A stretch of DNA of 64,000 nucleotides from an uncultured Dehalococcoidia bacterium. Lineage in GTDB: Bacteria > Chloroflexota > Dehalococcoidia > Lucifugimonadales > QGNO01. Shown here one piece after another: positions 37,052 to 49,161 of this stretch (position 1 is its first letter; every line of letters starts with the position of its first letter). The stretch covers positions 153 to 64,152 of the forward strand of contig CAZBMS010000002.1 of the NCBI GenBank assembly GCA_964493125.1, written 5' to 3'. The notes under the pieces were generated by a model, which was not told the DNA's origin, searched no databases, and saw only the letters and a list, made by a program, of their open reading frames with translations. The translations under genes and the position numbers were made by a program.

Positions 37052-39703
37052 CTAGACCGTCGCGGCATGGCATTTTTTAAACTTCTTACCGCTTCCACAT
37101 GGGCACGCGTCATTACGGCCAACTTTACCAAAGCCCGACGACGATACACTACTTCCGTTGAGAGGAGGCTTTGTATCAGATTGGCTTAACTGGAATTTGG
37201 GCGGCCTCATAGTGCCTCGTCTGGAACTGCCACGGCTTGAATGCTCATTCGTTGATGCTATCCCAACACGAAATATCGTATGTACGACATCATGCTGTAT
37301 TCGACCAAGAAGATCTCCAAATTGTACATGTGCTTCTTTCTTGTACATAACCAATGGATCCCTCTGACCATACGCCTGTAGACCTATTCCTTGGCGCAAA
37401 TTTTGCATACTTGTAAGATGTTCAACCCAATGAGAATCTATAACCCTCAACATCAATACCCTCTCTAAGGCTCTCATATCATCCGCACCAATCTTCCCTT
37501 CGTTCTCTTCGTAAAGCGCATCCGCATGCTCACACAATGCATCAAAAATTTCTGACGGATGCATATTTTCCAAGCTCTCTGAGCTGATATGATCTGGGAG
37601 TGGCATTATTGTAGCCATTTCCGCTTCCATAGCATCAATTGACCAATTTTCGTGATCACTATCGTTGGTATGTGACCCAATTATTGCGTCAAGTTCATTG
37701 TGAATCATATCCTTTATGTTTTGTTTAAGATCCGCTTCCGATAGTGCCCTATGTCGGTCCGAATAGATTACGTCGCGGTGGGCGTTGGCAACATCGTCAT
37801 ATTCAACAAGATGTTTCCTCACGTCAAAATTAAAAGCTTCAACTTTAACTTGGGAACTCTCTATCGCCTTGGATACCATTCGAGATTCAACCGGCACATC
37901 TTCCTCCAAGCCAGCCCACTCCATTATTTTTTTTACGCGCTCCCCCCCAAATCTACGCATTAACTCATCTTCAAGAGATACATAGAACTTGGTGCTTCCG
38001 GGATCCCCTTGTCTACCAGAGCGCCCTCTAAGTTGATTGTCAATTCGCCTTGCCTCATGTCGTTCCGTTCCTATAATGTATAAACCGCCAAGGTCAATAA
38101 CCGATCTGTTTTCCTCTTCCCAATCTTGCGGCTCTCTACCTTCTGGGGATCCTCCCAATACTATGTCTGTTCCCCTACCCGCCATGTTAGTAGCAACGGT
38201 AACAGAACCCAAACGACCCGCCTCAGCAATGATAGAAGCTTCTTTTTCATGTTGCTTGGCATTAAGTATCTGATGCGCAACACCACGACGTTTAAGTATA
38301 TTGCTTAACATTTCAGAAGCTTCTATTGAAGTAGTGCCAACCAATACTGGCCTTCCTTCTTTGTTCAACTCATCTACTTTGTTAGCGACCGCCCGAAACT
38401 TGGAGTCTTCATTTTTATATATAGCATCGCGAAGATCCTCTCTAATCATTGTCTTATGGGTTGGGATAGGGATAACATCTAGCTTATATATCTTCCAAAA
38501 TTCCTCTCCCTCTGTAGAAGCTGTTCCAGTCATGCCAGAAAGCTTAGAGTACATTCGGAAGTAATTCTGTAAAGTTATAGTCGCGTAACTCAGGCTTTCT
38601 TGCCTGACTTGAATGTTCTCTTTTGCTTCAATTGCCTGATGCAGTCCCTCAGCGTAGCGTCTCCCAGGCATTAGGCGACCAGTGAACTCGTCTACTATGA
38701 TCACCTCACCTTGTTGAACCACGTAGTCTTTATCCCTTTGGTATGCGACATTAGCTCTCAGTGCGTTCTCGACATAATGCGTTAGAACGTAATTCTGAGG
38801 ATCATACAAGTTCCCCACGTTCAGTATGCGCTCCAAATTGGACATGCCATCCTCTGTGAGAACGACAGAGCGTTCCTTTTCATCAAAGTTATAATCTTCC
38901 CCAATTCGCAACCTAGGCACCATCTTGGCCATGGTGTAGTACATTTTTGTAGATTGTCTAGCAGGGCCACTGATAATTAAGGGTGTTCTGGCCTCATCAA
39001 TTAAGATATTGTCTACTTCATCAACTATGGCAAAATTCAACTGCCTCTGGACGACATCCTTAATAGCAACGGCCATATTGTCTCTCAGATAGTCAAACCC
39101 AAATTCGTTATTAGTCCCATAGGTTATATCTGCAGCATAGGCCTCTTGTCTGGTAACTGGTCGAAGATGCTTAAAGTTAGAATTGGCACCATCAAATTCT
39201 GGATCATAAAGAAACGAAGCATTGTGTTGTAAGGTTGCCAAGGTCAAACCCAAAGAATTATATATCGGTCCCATCCATTGAGCATCACGCCTTGCCAAAT
39301 AGTCGTTGACAGTAATCAAATGTGCCCCATTCCCTTGTATAGCATTTAGATAAAGGGGCAACGTCGCGACGAGAGTCTTACCCTCTCCAGTTCTCATTTC
39401 GGCGATCTTTCCCTGATGTAGTACTAGGCCACCCATCAACTGTACGTCGTAATGCCTCATGGCAATAGTTCTTTTAGATGCCTCTCTAACAGCAGCAAAG
39501 GCCTCAGGCAAAATATCGTCAAGCGTTTTACCACTTGCAAGCGAATCGGAAAGCCTAATCGACGTTTTCTTAAGGTCAGCGTCCGAAAGCTTCTCGAATG
39601 ATGGCTCCAACAAGTTAATTTGATCTGCGACCTGCCTAAGTCGCTTGATCTGACCATCACTCGAACCAGCTATTTTACTAAGTAGGCCAGTTAAAATACT
39701 CAA
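37052..39703 (-). CDS. secA: Preprotein translocase ATPase SecA
   Basis: DEAD-like motor motifs (MRTGEGKTLVATL, DEVD), a preprotein cross-linking domain, and the C-terminal zinc motif CPCGSGKKFKKCH. TTG start. Confidence 0.95.
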   Translation of the reverse strand: MSILTGLLSKIAGSSDGQIKRLRQVADQINLLEPSFEKLSDADLKKTSIRLSDSLASGKTLDDILPEAFAAVREASKRTIAMRHYDVQLMGGLVLHQGKIAEMRTGEGKTLVATLPLYLNAIQGNGAHLITVNDYLARRDAQWMGPIYNSLGLTLATLQHNASFLYDPEFDGANSNFKHLRPVTRQEAYAADITYGTNNEFGFDYLRDNMAVAIKDVVQRQLNFAIVDEVDNILIDEARTPLIISGPARQSTKMYYTMAKMVPRLRIGEDYNFDEKERSVVLTEDGMSNLERILNVGNLYDPQNYVLTHYVENALRANVAYQRDKDYVVQQGEVIIVDEFTGRLMPGRRYAEGLHQAIEAKENIQVRQESLSYATITLQNYFRMYSKLSGMTGTASTEGEEFWKIYKLDVIPIPTHKTMIREDLRDAIYKNEDSKFRAVANKVDELNKEGRPVLVGTTSIEASEMLSNILKRRGVAHQILNAKQHEKEASIIAEAGRLGSVTVATNMAGRGTDIVLGGSPEGREPQDWEEENRSVIDLGGLYIIGTERHEARRIDNQLRGRSGRQGDPGSTKFYVSLEDELMRRFGGERVKKIMEWAGLEEDVPVESRMVSKAIESSQVKVEAFNFDVRKHLVEYDDVANAHRDVIYSDRHRALSEADLKQNIKDMIHNELDAIIGSHTNDSDHENWSIDAMEAEMATIMPLPDHISSESLENMHPSEIFDALCEHADALYEENEGKIGADDMRALERVLMLRVIDSHWVEHLTSMQNLRQGIGLQAYGQRDPLVMYKKEAHVQFGDLLGRIQHDVVHTIFRVGIASTNEHSSRGSSRRGTMRPPKFQLSQSDTKPPLNGSSVSSSGFGKVGRNDACPCGSGKKFKKCHAATV

Positions 39704-39759
39704 GTTATCTTATGCATCGACGGATTCCAGATATTCCAGTGACTGCGCCATAAACAGCC

Positions 39760-40707
39760 CTATTGGAACATCGCGCCGACGGACATACCTCCGTGAATAC
39801 GGTGTATTGCCTCTCCCAATAATGGCGCGACAGACAGCACAGTTATTCTTTCTGATTCGCCTCCGTTGATTACAGGCAAAGTGTCAGTCGTTATAAGTTC
39901 TTTTAGGTTACTATTAGACAGTTTTTCCTTCGCAGTTCCAGATAGTACCCCGTGAGTACAACAAGCATAAACTTCTTTTACGCCTTGTTCTTGGAGGGTT
40001 TCAACTGTTGATAATAGAGACCCTCCTGTATCTATTTCATCGTCCAAGGCTATTGCTATCTTGCCCTTAACATCTCCTATTACATTTAAGGTCTCTGTCC
40101 TATCTTCATTGCCGATCCTTCTTTTCTCTATAATCGCCAGTGGAGCACCTATGCGTTGAGCAAGATCTCTTGCTCTCTTTATAGCGCCCAAATCCACACC
40201 CACAACAACTGGGTCAATAATCGCTTTATCCTTAATGTATCGCGCCAATATTGGAAGTGCGGTAAGCTCATCTACTGGAACATCGAAGAATCCTTGTATC
40301 TGTCCTGCGTGTAAATCTACAGTAAGTACTCTATCCGCACCCGCAGTAGAAATTAGATCAGATATAAGCCTGGCTGTAATTGGCACCCTAGGCTGGTCTT
40401 TTTTATCGGTTCTTCCATAAGCGAAATAAGGGATAACAGCAGTAATTCTACCCGCAGAAGCTCTCTTAGCAGCATCTATCATAATCAGGAGTTCCATAAT
40501 GTTCTCATTGACAGGAGTAGAGAACGGCTGTACCAAAAAAACATCCCGCTGTCGAATATTCTCCTTGAACTGAACAAAAGTGTTGTCGTTAGCAAACTTA
40601 TAAACGTCTGCCTCTCCAAGAGATTGTCCCAAATATTCGCATATAGAACGAGCTAACGCCTGGTGGGCGTTACCGGAAAACACTCTCAACTCTTCAAAGT
40701 TTGGCAT
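39760..40707 (-). CDS. prs: Ribose-phosphate pyrophosphokinase
   Basis: Contains LRVFSGNAH and the PRPP-binding loop. I chose the ATG at 40707, which gives a normal Prs N-terminus (MPNFEELRVFSG). The 15-codon track extension from a TTG at 40752 looks spurious. Confidence 0.9.
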   Translation of the reverse strand: MPNFEELRVFSGNAHQALARSICEYLGQSLGEADVYKFANDNTFVQFKENIRQRDVFLVQPFSTPVNENIMELLIMIDAAKRASAGRITAVIPYFAYGRTDKKDQPRVPITARLISDLISTAGADRVLTVDLHAGQIQGFFDVPVDELTALPILARYIKDKAIIDPVVVGVDLGAIKRARDLAQRIGAPLAIIEKRRIGNEDRTETLNVIGDVKGKIAIALDDEIDTGGSLLSTVETLQEQGVKEVYACCTHGVLSGTAKEKLSNSNLKELITTDTLPVINGGESERITVLSVAPLLGEAIHRIHGGMSVGAMFQ

Positions 40708-40846
40708 AATCTGAAAACTAAAACCGATCCAAAATCTCGATATCGGGATCAAGCATGTTGCGCCTTTATCTCATTTTACATGCAGACACCCATTGTCAGG
40801 ATTATAACATAGCAATAGCAGGCTCTAAAGAACAATTTCAGTGAGT

Positions 40847-40875
40847 TTGACACCCAGAACCGAAGCAAGGAAAAT
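40847..40875 (+). promoter_or_regulatory. Putative promoter for the thiolase gene
   Basis: TTGACA, a 17-nt spacer, then GAAAAT. A TAGGAG SD precedes the ATG at 40916. Confidence 0.3.
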
Positions 40876-40915
40876 GCCATCAACCACACCAAAATCCACA
40901 GCCTAGGAGTCAAAC

Positions 40916-42100
40916 ATGCAACGGTCAGTTATCGTATCTGGAGCGCGGACGCCCATCGGCAAATTCGGAGGGGCATTCAAATCTTTGAGCGCTTCTGATT
41001 TAGGTGCAGTAGCCATTAAAGCTGCCTTAGAACGTTCAAGCATTTCTCCTGAAATCGTAGACGAGATTATTATTGGTAACGTTCTTCAGACAGCTGAAGC
41101 CGGCTATTCACCTCGCCTTGCTGCCCTAAAGTCCGGTATACCCCAAGAAGTTCCTGTAATAGGTATAAATAGACAATGTGCCTCTGGATTGGACGCAATA
41201 AATATCGCGTCCGATGCTATACGGACCGGGAGAGCAGAAGTGATAGTAGCTGGTGGAATTGAAAATATGAGCCTCGCTCCATATGTTATCCGGAACATTA
41301 GATGGAGTGGGATAAGAATGGGTGAGCATCAAATGAGCGACTCATTAGTTGAAGGACTAAGTTGTCCAGTGAATTACTACCACATGGGGATTACCGCCGA
41401 AAACATAGCAGCTAAATACAAAGTTAGCAGATTGAATCAAGATGAATTAGCCCTGCTTAGCCACCAGCGTGCTTCTCAAGCACTTCAACAAGGTCTATTT
41501 GCAAGTCAGATTTCGCCCGTCACATTAGAGGATGAAAATGGTGAAGTTTCCCAAGTAGAACAAGATGAAGGCCCTCGAGCTGACGCCACCATGCAACAGC
41601 TCGCTGAATTACAACCCATATTCAAAGAAAATGGGACCGTTACAGCAGGCAATGCCTCATCGATTAACGATGGGGCTGCAGCCGTGGTTGTAATGTCTAA
41701 ACAAAAAGCCGACCAATTAGGAATAGAGTCACAACTTGAATTTATTTCTAGCGCTGTAGTAGGTGTAGATCCAGCTTATATGGGAACTGGCCCAATTCCA
41801 GCAGTACACAAAACTCTTGAACGTGGGGGATTATCTATCAATGATATAGATCTTTTCGAAATCAACGAGGCGTTCGCCGCCCAAGCGATTTACTGTATCG
41901 ATGAACTGGGGTTAGATTTATCCAAAACTAATGTGAACGGAAGCGGGATATCGTTGGGCCATCCAATAGGTGCAACTGGAGCAATAATGACAGTAAAGCT
42001 GATGGACATGCTTTTTACTAGGGACTTAGAACATGGAATCGTTACCATGTGCGTCGGAGGCGGTCAAGGATGTGCCACAGCATTTCGTAGGTTACGCTAA
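40916..42100 (+). CDS. Acetyl-CoA C-acetyltransferase (thiolase II)
   Basis: Active-site Cys region NRQCASGLDA, and C-terminal GHPIGATG and CVGGGQG motifs. Confidence 0.9.
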   Translation: MQRSVIVSGARTPIGKFGGAFKSLSASDLGAVAIKAALERSSISPEIVDEIIIGNVLQTAEAGYSPRLAALKSGIPQEVPVIGINRQCASGLDAINIASDAIRTGRAEVIVAGGIENMSLAPYVIRNIRWSGIRMGEHQMSDSLVEGLSCPVNYYHMGITAENIAAKYKVSRLNQDELALLSHQRASQALQQGLFASQISPVTLEDENGEVSQVEQDEGPRADATMQQLAELQPIFKENGTVTAGNASSINDGAAAVVVMSKQKADQLGIESQLEFISSAVVGVDPAYMGTGPIPAVHKTLERGGLSINDIDLFEINEAFAAQAIYCIDELGLDLSKTNVNGSGISLGHPIGATGAIMTVKLMDMLFTRDLEHGIVTMCVGGGQGCATAFRRLR

Positions 42101-42114
42101 AAAATCACTCCTAA

Positions 42115-43518
<1,404 letters not shown>

Positions 43519-43561
43519 ACTAAATAAGGTTTTCGGATTAATCGGATATTATGGAGGGGAA

Positions 43562-44461
43562 ATGAAACTGGCTTTTTACGACGACTTCAGGCTAGGAGTT
43601 GTACAGGGTAACCACATAGTAGACATGCCTGAAGTTGTCGAAAATCAATCTGATCTTAAACCTAGTGAACTAATAAATTATATCATTGCCAATTTTCAAC
43701 GATATGAAAATCTCATAAAAACCAGTGCCGAAACCGGGAATCCCATACCAATCGCCAATATTAAATTCCGGTCCCCATTGCCTAAGCCCGGGAAAATTGT
43801 ATGTATGGCAATAAACTACCTCGAGGGAGGTCCCGAATCCAAAATCCCGCCAATTAACGGTTTCTTGAAATCATCCAATTCTGTTGCCGGAGACGGCGAC
43901 ACAGTCAAGCTTCCCCCTGCAAATGCTTCGATATTTGAGCACGAAGCTGAGCTAGGAGTTGTAATAGGGAAAACCGCCAGTAACGTAGGGCAAAGCTCGG
44001 CTTACGATTACGTCTTTGGCTACATGAATGTGGTTGACATCTCGGCTAGGGACTTGGGTAACCCTCCATATGACAGCTACTTCCCTATCAAGTCTTGGAG
44101 TAATTTTGCTCCCATGGGCCCGTACCTAGTTACTAGAGACGAGATTTCGAATCCACAAGATATTAACGTAAAACTCTGGGTAAACAACAAACTTAACCAG
44201 AACTTCAACACAAGCTCTATGGCACACAAGATAGCAGAGTGTATAGAGTGGGTATCTAGCATAACAACTCTAGACCCCGGTGACGTTATAGCAACTGGTA
44301 CAAATCACCTAGACCTTGGACCACTTCAAGATAGCGATATTGTCGAGATGGAAACCGAGGGGCTAGGCAGAATTCACTTCAAGATAATCGATCCCCTCAA
44401 GAGGGGATGGCCTAGAGAAACCCGTGCTGAAAAAGCCGCCAGAGAAGGTGGAGGGAACTAG
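43562..44461 (+). CDS. Fumarylacetoacetate hydrolase (FAH) family protein, paralog 1
   Basis: FAH-domain motifs HEAELGVVIGK and LDPGDVIATGT. 299 aa. Confidence 0.85.
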   Translation: MKLAFYDDFRLGVVQGNHIVDMPEVVENQSDLKPSELINYIIANFQRYENLIKTSAETGNPIPIANIKFRSPLPKPGKIVCMAINYLEGGPESKIPPINGFLKSSNSVAGDGDTVKLPPANASIFEHEAELGVVIGKTASNVGQSSAYDYVFGYMNVVDISARDLGNPPYDSYFPIKSWSNFAPMGPYLVTRDEISNPQDINVKLWVNNKLNQNFNTSSMAHKIAECIEWVSSITTLDPGDVIATGTNHLDLGPLQDSDIVEMETEGLGRIHFKIIDPLKRGWPRETRAEKAAREGGGN

Positions 44462-44464
44462 ATT

Positions 44465-45355
44465 ATGAAATTTGCATTTTTTGACGATTCAAGAATAGGA
44501 ATTGTAATCGACTCGGAGATTGTCGATATCACCGAGGTTAATCTGGGAATCAATACCGCCACTACTCAAGGTTTGCTTAATGGCATAATGGGAAATTTTG
44601 ATTCGCTTCGACCTAGATTGGAAGACCTAACCCTATCTGGAACAAGAGTTCCATTATCTTCGGTAAACTTGGGCCCGCCTATACCAAGACCGGGGAAAAT
44701 TGTAGCAATGGCTGTGAATTATATGGAGAACGGCGCTCTTAAAGAAAAGCCTCCTATACATGCCTTTTTAAAATCTCGAAACGCCATAATCGGACCCGGG
44801 GATACTATAAATCTGCCAAAGGCCAATGCTAGCGTATTCCATCACGAAGCAGAATTGGGCGTTGTCATAGGTAAAGAAGGAACCGATATCGCGGTTGAAA
44901 ATGCGTTTGACCACGTGTTTGGCTACGTCAACTTTATTGATGTATCTGCACGTGGATTAAGTGGTGGTAACTTCTTTTGGAATAAAAGTTGGGATACCTT
45001 TGCTCCCATCGGGCCATACATAGTGACTAAAGATGAAATTGCCGACCCACAAAATCTTCCAGTCAAACTCACAGTGAACGGTATGCCCAGACAAGAACTT
45101 TCTACTAGCGATATGGCACACGATGTAGCTGCATGCATAGCGTGGGTCTCTTCTATTACAACTCTAGACCCCGGCGACATTATTGCAACAGGCACGAACC
45201 ACCAAGGCCTTGGAGCAATACAAGATGGTGACTCGATATTAATGGAAATCACTGGTCTTGGTAGTCTCGAAGTAAACGTAAGAGACGACCTGAAGCGGCA
45301 GTGGCCAACTGAGGTAGATAGTGCTTTCGCAGATCGAATGGCAGGACGTTCCTGA
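44465..45355 (+). CDS. Fumarylacetoacetate hydrolase (FAH) family protein, paralog 2
   Basis: Collinear with the upstream paralog (HEAELGVVIGK, WVSSITTLDPGDIIATGTNH). Starts 3 nt after its stop. Confidence 0.85.
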   Translation: MKFAFFDDSRIGIVIDSEIVDITEVNLGINTATTQGLLNGIMGNFDSLRPRLEDLTLSGTRVPLSSVNLGPPIPRPGKIVAMAVNYMENGALKEKPPIHAFLKSRNAIIGPGDTINLPKANASVFHHEAELGVVIGKEGTDIAVENAFDHVFGYVNFIDVSARGLSGGNFFWNKSWDTFAPIGPYIVTKDEIADPQNLPVKLTVNGMPRQELSTSDMAHDVAACIAWVSSITTLDPGDIIATGTNHQGLGAIQDGDSILMEITGLGSLEVNVRDDLKRQWPTEVDSAFADRMAGRS

Positions 45356-45465
45356 TTTGCAAGCCAAAACATACCTCTTCGACTTTGACAAAGCACTGAT
45401 TTCTGATGCCCCTGAAGGCTTGCTTGGTCTAGACTTGAACACACTTAATAACGAGGTTGCATATA

Positions 45466-46179
45466 ATGGTCAAAGATAAAACTGTTGAATCGTATAGTAG
45501 AGGCATGGTTGTAGTGGCCCATCCTGACGACGCTGAATTCGGATGTTCCGGAACTGTAGCAAAATGGGTTAAGGAAGGCATACAGTTCGTTTATGTACTT
45601 TGTACGGATGGAAGCAAAGGTACTTCGGACCGGGATATTGGCCCCCAAGAACTTTCTCGGATTCGAAAAGATGAACAAATAGCGGCAGGGAAATTGCTAG
45701 GTCTTAACGATGTAGTTTTCTTAGACTACCCTGATGGATATCTAGAACCTAGTCTCGATTTGAGACGCGACATCTCTCGAGAAATCAGGCGCTTCAAGCC
45801 AGACATTCTGATAACTACGAACCCCACCCGAACTTTAACTGGATCTGGCTATATAGGACACCCCGACCATTTTGCAGCCGGAGAAGCCACTCTATCCGCC
45901 GTTTATCCTGCTGCTCGCGATCACCTCACATTTCCAGAATTATTGGAAGAGGGACTTGAAACTCACAAAGTACGTGAGGTGCTTATCATGGGGCATGATA
46001 CACCTGATAAATGGATTGATGTTAGCTCAAGCATAGATATTGCGATACAGTCTCTTCTTGCCCACAAGAGCCAGCTAGGAATTGAAGCAGCCGAGCGATC
46101 CAAGGAATGGAAGAAGCGTGCCGGTAAAGAACATCAGATGGGGTATGCGGAAGGGTTCAAAAGCTTCACCTTAAGTTGA
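45466..46179 (+). CDS. PIG-L/LmbE family deacetylase
   Basis: VVAHPDDAEFG zinc-binding motif and a downstream HPDH. The ATG at 45466 (GAGG nine nt upstream) is preferred over the TTG at 45457. Confidence 0.8.
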   Translation: MVKDKTVESYSRGMVVVAHPDDAEFGCSGTVAKWVKEGIQFVYVLCTDGSKGTSDRDIGPQELSRIRKDEQIAAGKLLGLNDVVFLDYPDGYLEPSLDLRRDISREIRRFKPDILITTNPTRTLTGSGYIGHPDHFAAGEATLSAVYPAARDHLTFPELLEEGLETHKVREVLIMGHDTPDKWIDVSSSIDIAIQSLLAHKSQLGIEAAERSKEWKKRAGKEHQMGYAEGFKSFTLS

Positions 46180-46237
46180 TTACCCTCCGAATTCACACGA
46201 GTCGAAATTAATTTCGACCAAGTTAATGTGGGCTAGA

Positions 46238-46313
46238 TGGTGGAGCTGAAGGGAGTCGAACCCTTGACCTCCTCAATGCCATTGAGGCGCTCTCCCAACT
46301 GAGCTACAGCCCC
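46238..46313 (-). tRNA. tRNA-Ala (anticodon GGC), CCA encoded
   Basis: The reverse complement folds as a cloverleaf: acceptor GGGGCTG/CAGCTCC with the G3:U70 Ala identity pair, D-arm GCTC-AGTTGGGA-GAGC, anticodon loop ATGGCAT, T-arm AAGGG-TTCGACT-CCCTT, discriminator A and CCA. Confidence 0.95.
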
Positions 46314-46417
46314 ACTTCAGCATTCAACTATAACATTCGCTAATACGAGCCGCAATCACTAGCGGTACAACCACACAATATATACTGCTACATGTTACTC
46401 AACATAGGCTATGTGGA

Positions 46418-46446
46418 TTGACAGCATGAGAAACCCTAAATAGCAT
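46418..46446 (+). promoter_or_regulatory. Putative sigma70-type promoter for leuS
   Basis: TTGACA, a 17-nt spacer, then TAGCAT. An AGGAG SD lies 6 nt before the ATG at 46466. Confidence 0.45.
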
Positions 46447-46465
46447 AATCATCTAGGAGTTTCCA

Positions 46466-48931
46466 ATGGCTACAAATGAACGTCAAACCGAATTGCGTTA
46501 CGAACCTAAAGAAATCGACAAGAAGTGGCAAGCACGATGGGCCAATGACGGCCTATACAAAGTAGATGATCTCGCAGATCTCCCCAAATGGTATGAAATG
46601 ACCATGTATCCATACCCATCAGGAGATTTGCACATCGGTCATTGGTATGCAATGGCGCCTTCCGATGCTCACGCACGATTTAAACGGATGCAAGGCTACA
46701 ATGTCCTCCACCCCATGGGTTTCGACTCTTTCGGATTACCCGCAGAAAATGCTGCGATAAAACAAAAGATACATCCACACGACTGGACTACCAAGAACAT
46801 TGAAAATATGAAGCGTCAATTGCGATCTATGGGCACAATTTACGACTGGAACAGAGAATTAAGTACTATGGATCCAGAATATTATCGGTGGAACCAGTGG
46901 CTATTTCTCCAATTCTTCAAAAACGGTCTTGCCTACAGGGAAAATGCGCCTGTTAACTGGTGCCCTATTGATCAAACAGTTTTAGCGAACGAACAAGTTG
47001 TAGATGGAAAATGCGAAAGATGTGACGCCCAAGTAGAGCGAACCAACTTAGAACAATGGTTTTTCAAAATCACTCAGTTTGCAGACAAGTTATTAGACTT
47101 TTCGAAACTAATTGACTGGCCTACAAGAATAAAAACCTTGCAAGAAAATTGGATAGGCCGTAGCGAAGGAGTTGACATAAGTTTTGATATTTCTCATCTC
47201 AATATAGAGGAAGCCGAACTTCGTACTTTTACTACCAGAATTGACACTATCTATGGCGTAACATTCATGGCGTTGGCTCCTGAGCACCCACTCATTGAGA
47301 AAATCGTTACACCAGACAAAAAGTCTGCCATCAGCAAATATATCCAGGGGGCTCGTCAACAGTCAGAAATAGAGCGTTTGGCGGCTGACAGAGAAAAAAC
47401 TGGTGAGTTCACTGGTTGCTACGCTATAAATCAACTAAATGGGGACCAGATCCCAATCTTCGCCGCCGACTACGTCCTATTAAGCTATGGCACAGGTGCG
47501 GTTATGGGCGTACCTGCGCACGACCAACGTGACTTCGAATTTGCAACCAAAAAGAGCCTGCCAATTAAAGTAGTTATATCTCCTAAGGACTGGAATGGGG
47601 AGGAACTGTCAGAGGCATACATCGGTTCAGGATTACTAGTAAATTCTGGAGAATTTGATGGCATTTCAAGCGATAAAGGAATCAACCTGATTGCTGAGCA
47701 TGTAGAAAATACTGGATGGGGCAATCGGACCATATCTTATCGCCTCAGAGATTGGCTTATCTCAAGACAACGATATTGGGGAACTCCCATCCCAATAATC
47801 TACTGTATCACTTGTGGAACAGTGCCAGTCCCAGAGGAAAACCTACCAGTAGAGCTACCGCGGGATGCCGATTTTAGGCCTAAGGGGAAATCTCCACTCG
47901 CATCTAATCCAACGTTCTTAAACACAACATGCCCAAATTGCGGGGGTAAAGCCGAGCGAGAAACTGACACCATGGACACATTTGTTGATTCCTCCTGGTA
48001 TCAACTCAGATATGTCAGCCCAAACTACGACAAAGGTCCTTTCGACAAAGAACTATTAAACCTATGGGGAGCTGTGGATCAATATACAGGAGGGGCGGAG
48101 CACGCAGTCATGCACCTGCTTTATACACGATTTTTTACAAAGGCACTTAATAAATTAGGACTACTGAACTTTGAAGAGCCTTTCCTAAGATTATTCAACC
48201 AAGGAACAATTATTGCTGACCATCATAAGATGAGCAAATCACGAGGGAACGTAATCGCACCAGATCCATTCGTAGAATCACTGGGCGCTGATGTGGTCCG
48301 CATTTACTTAATGTTCCTAGGGCCGTGGGAACAAGGTGGCGATTGGAGTGATAGTGGCATCAGAGGGATGACACGGTGGGTAAACCGTGTATGGGACATA
48401 GCTCATGTCGATGCCAGTAAATTCGACAAGGTCGATAAAGAAACTTCCCAAAACCTCACGCGCGATACTCACAAAACTATACGTAAAGTTATCACTGACT
48501 TGGATCGTTATCATTTCAATACCGCTATTGCAGCCATGATGGAATTCAGTAACAAACTTGGAGCAATAGCACTAAAGAAGAACGTATCCGCAACAGATTG
48601 GGGAAAGGCTGTCACAACTCTACTCTTACTGTTAGCCCCAATAGCACCACACATATCCGAAGAATTGTGGGAAAGGCTAGGAAATTCCTACAGCATACAC
48701 AACGAAAAACTTCCTGAATGGAATGAGGCTTTAGCCGCTGACGAAACTATAACCCTGATAGTACAGGTTAATGGAAAAGTAAGAGACAAAATTTCAGTTC
48801 AGGCTGATATATCTGAGGACGAAGCAAAGGAAGCCGCTTTAAAAAGCACCAACGCACAAGGATTTGTTGGAGACAAAGACATCCGAAAACTCATTTATGT
48901 TCCAAGCAAACTAGTGAACATAGTTATCTAA
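46466..48931 (+). CDS. leuS: Leucine--tRNA ligase
   Basis: HIGH-type motif (YPSGDLHIGH), KMSKS, a CP1 editing domain and bacterial LeuS zinc-cluster cysteines. 821 aa. Confidence 0.95.
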   Translation: MATNERQTELRYEPKEIDKKWQARWANDGLYKVDDLADLPKWYEMTMYPYPSGDLHIGHWYAMAPSDAHARFKRMQGYNVLHPMGFDSFGLPAENAAIKQKIHPHDWTTKNIENMKRQLRSMGTIYDWNRELSTMDPEYYRWNQWLFLQFFKNGLAYRENAPVNWCPIDQTVLANEQVVDGKCERCDAQVERTNLEQWFFKITQFADKLLDFSKLIDWPTRIKTLQENWIGRSEGVDISFDISHLNIEEAELRTFTTRIDTIYGVTFMALAPEHPLIEKIVTPDKKSAISKYIQGARQQSEIERLAADREKTGEFTGCYAINQLNGDQIPIFAADYVLLSYGTGAVMGVPAHDQRDFEFATKKSLPIKVVISPKDWNGEELSEAYIGSGLLVNSGEFDGISSDKGINLIAEHVENTGWGNRTISYRLRDWLISRQRYWGTPIPIIYCITCGTVPVPEENLPVELPRDADFRPKGKSPLASNPTFLNTTCPNCGGKAERETDTMDTFVDSSWYQLRYVSPNYDKGPFDKELLNLWGAVDQYTGGAEHAVMHLLYTRFFTKALNKLGLLNFEEPFLRLFNQGTIIADHHKMSKSRGNVIAPDPFVESLGADVVRIYLMFLGPWEQGGDWSDSGIRGMTRWVNRVWDIAHVDASKFDKVDKETSQNLTRDTHKTIRKVITDLDRYHFNTAIAAMMEFSNKLGAIALKKNVSATDWGKAVTTLLLLLAPIAPHISEELWERLGNSYSIHNEKLPEWNEALAADETITLIVQVNGKVRDKISVQADISEDEAKEAALKSTNAQGFVGDKDIRKLIYVPSKLVNIVI

Positions 48932-48942
48932 CATATTGAGCC

Positions 48943-49149
48943 CTACATCTCAATTTTCTTCTCTCCAGAAAGATATGGTATCGGCTCTTTAGAGAAAGCA
49001 ACTCTACATCCAGGCCCACAGAAATAATAAGTATCGCCTTTATATTGATGGGTTCCACCATGAGGTTTCGCAGCAGAAACCATCATCCCACAAACAGGAT
49101 CTCTAAAAGAGTTTTCAGAGTCAAAAAGGTCCAAAACTTTCCTTAGCAT
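48943..49149 (-). CDS. YHS (TRASH-like) metal-binding domain protein
   Basis: 68 aa with DPVCGM ... YYFCGPGC, the Cys pattern of the YHS domain. Confidence 0.75.
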   Translation of the reverse strand: MLRKVLDLFDSENSFRDPVCGMMVSAAKPHGGTHQYKGDTYYFCGPGCRVAFSKEPIPYLSGEKKIEM

Positions 49150-49161
49150 CTAATCATCACA

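Noticed and set aside
46180-46465. tRNA-Ala locus as an integration site for a genomic island.
   Set aside because: No integrase, direct repeat of the tRNA 3' end, or foreign-looking genes flank it. The neighbours are a PIG-L deacetylase and leuS.
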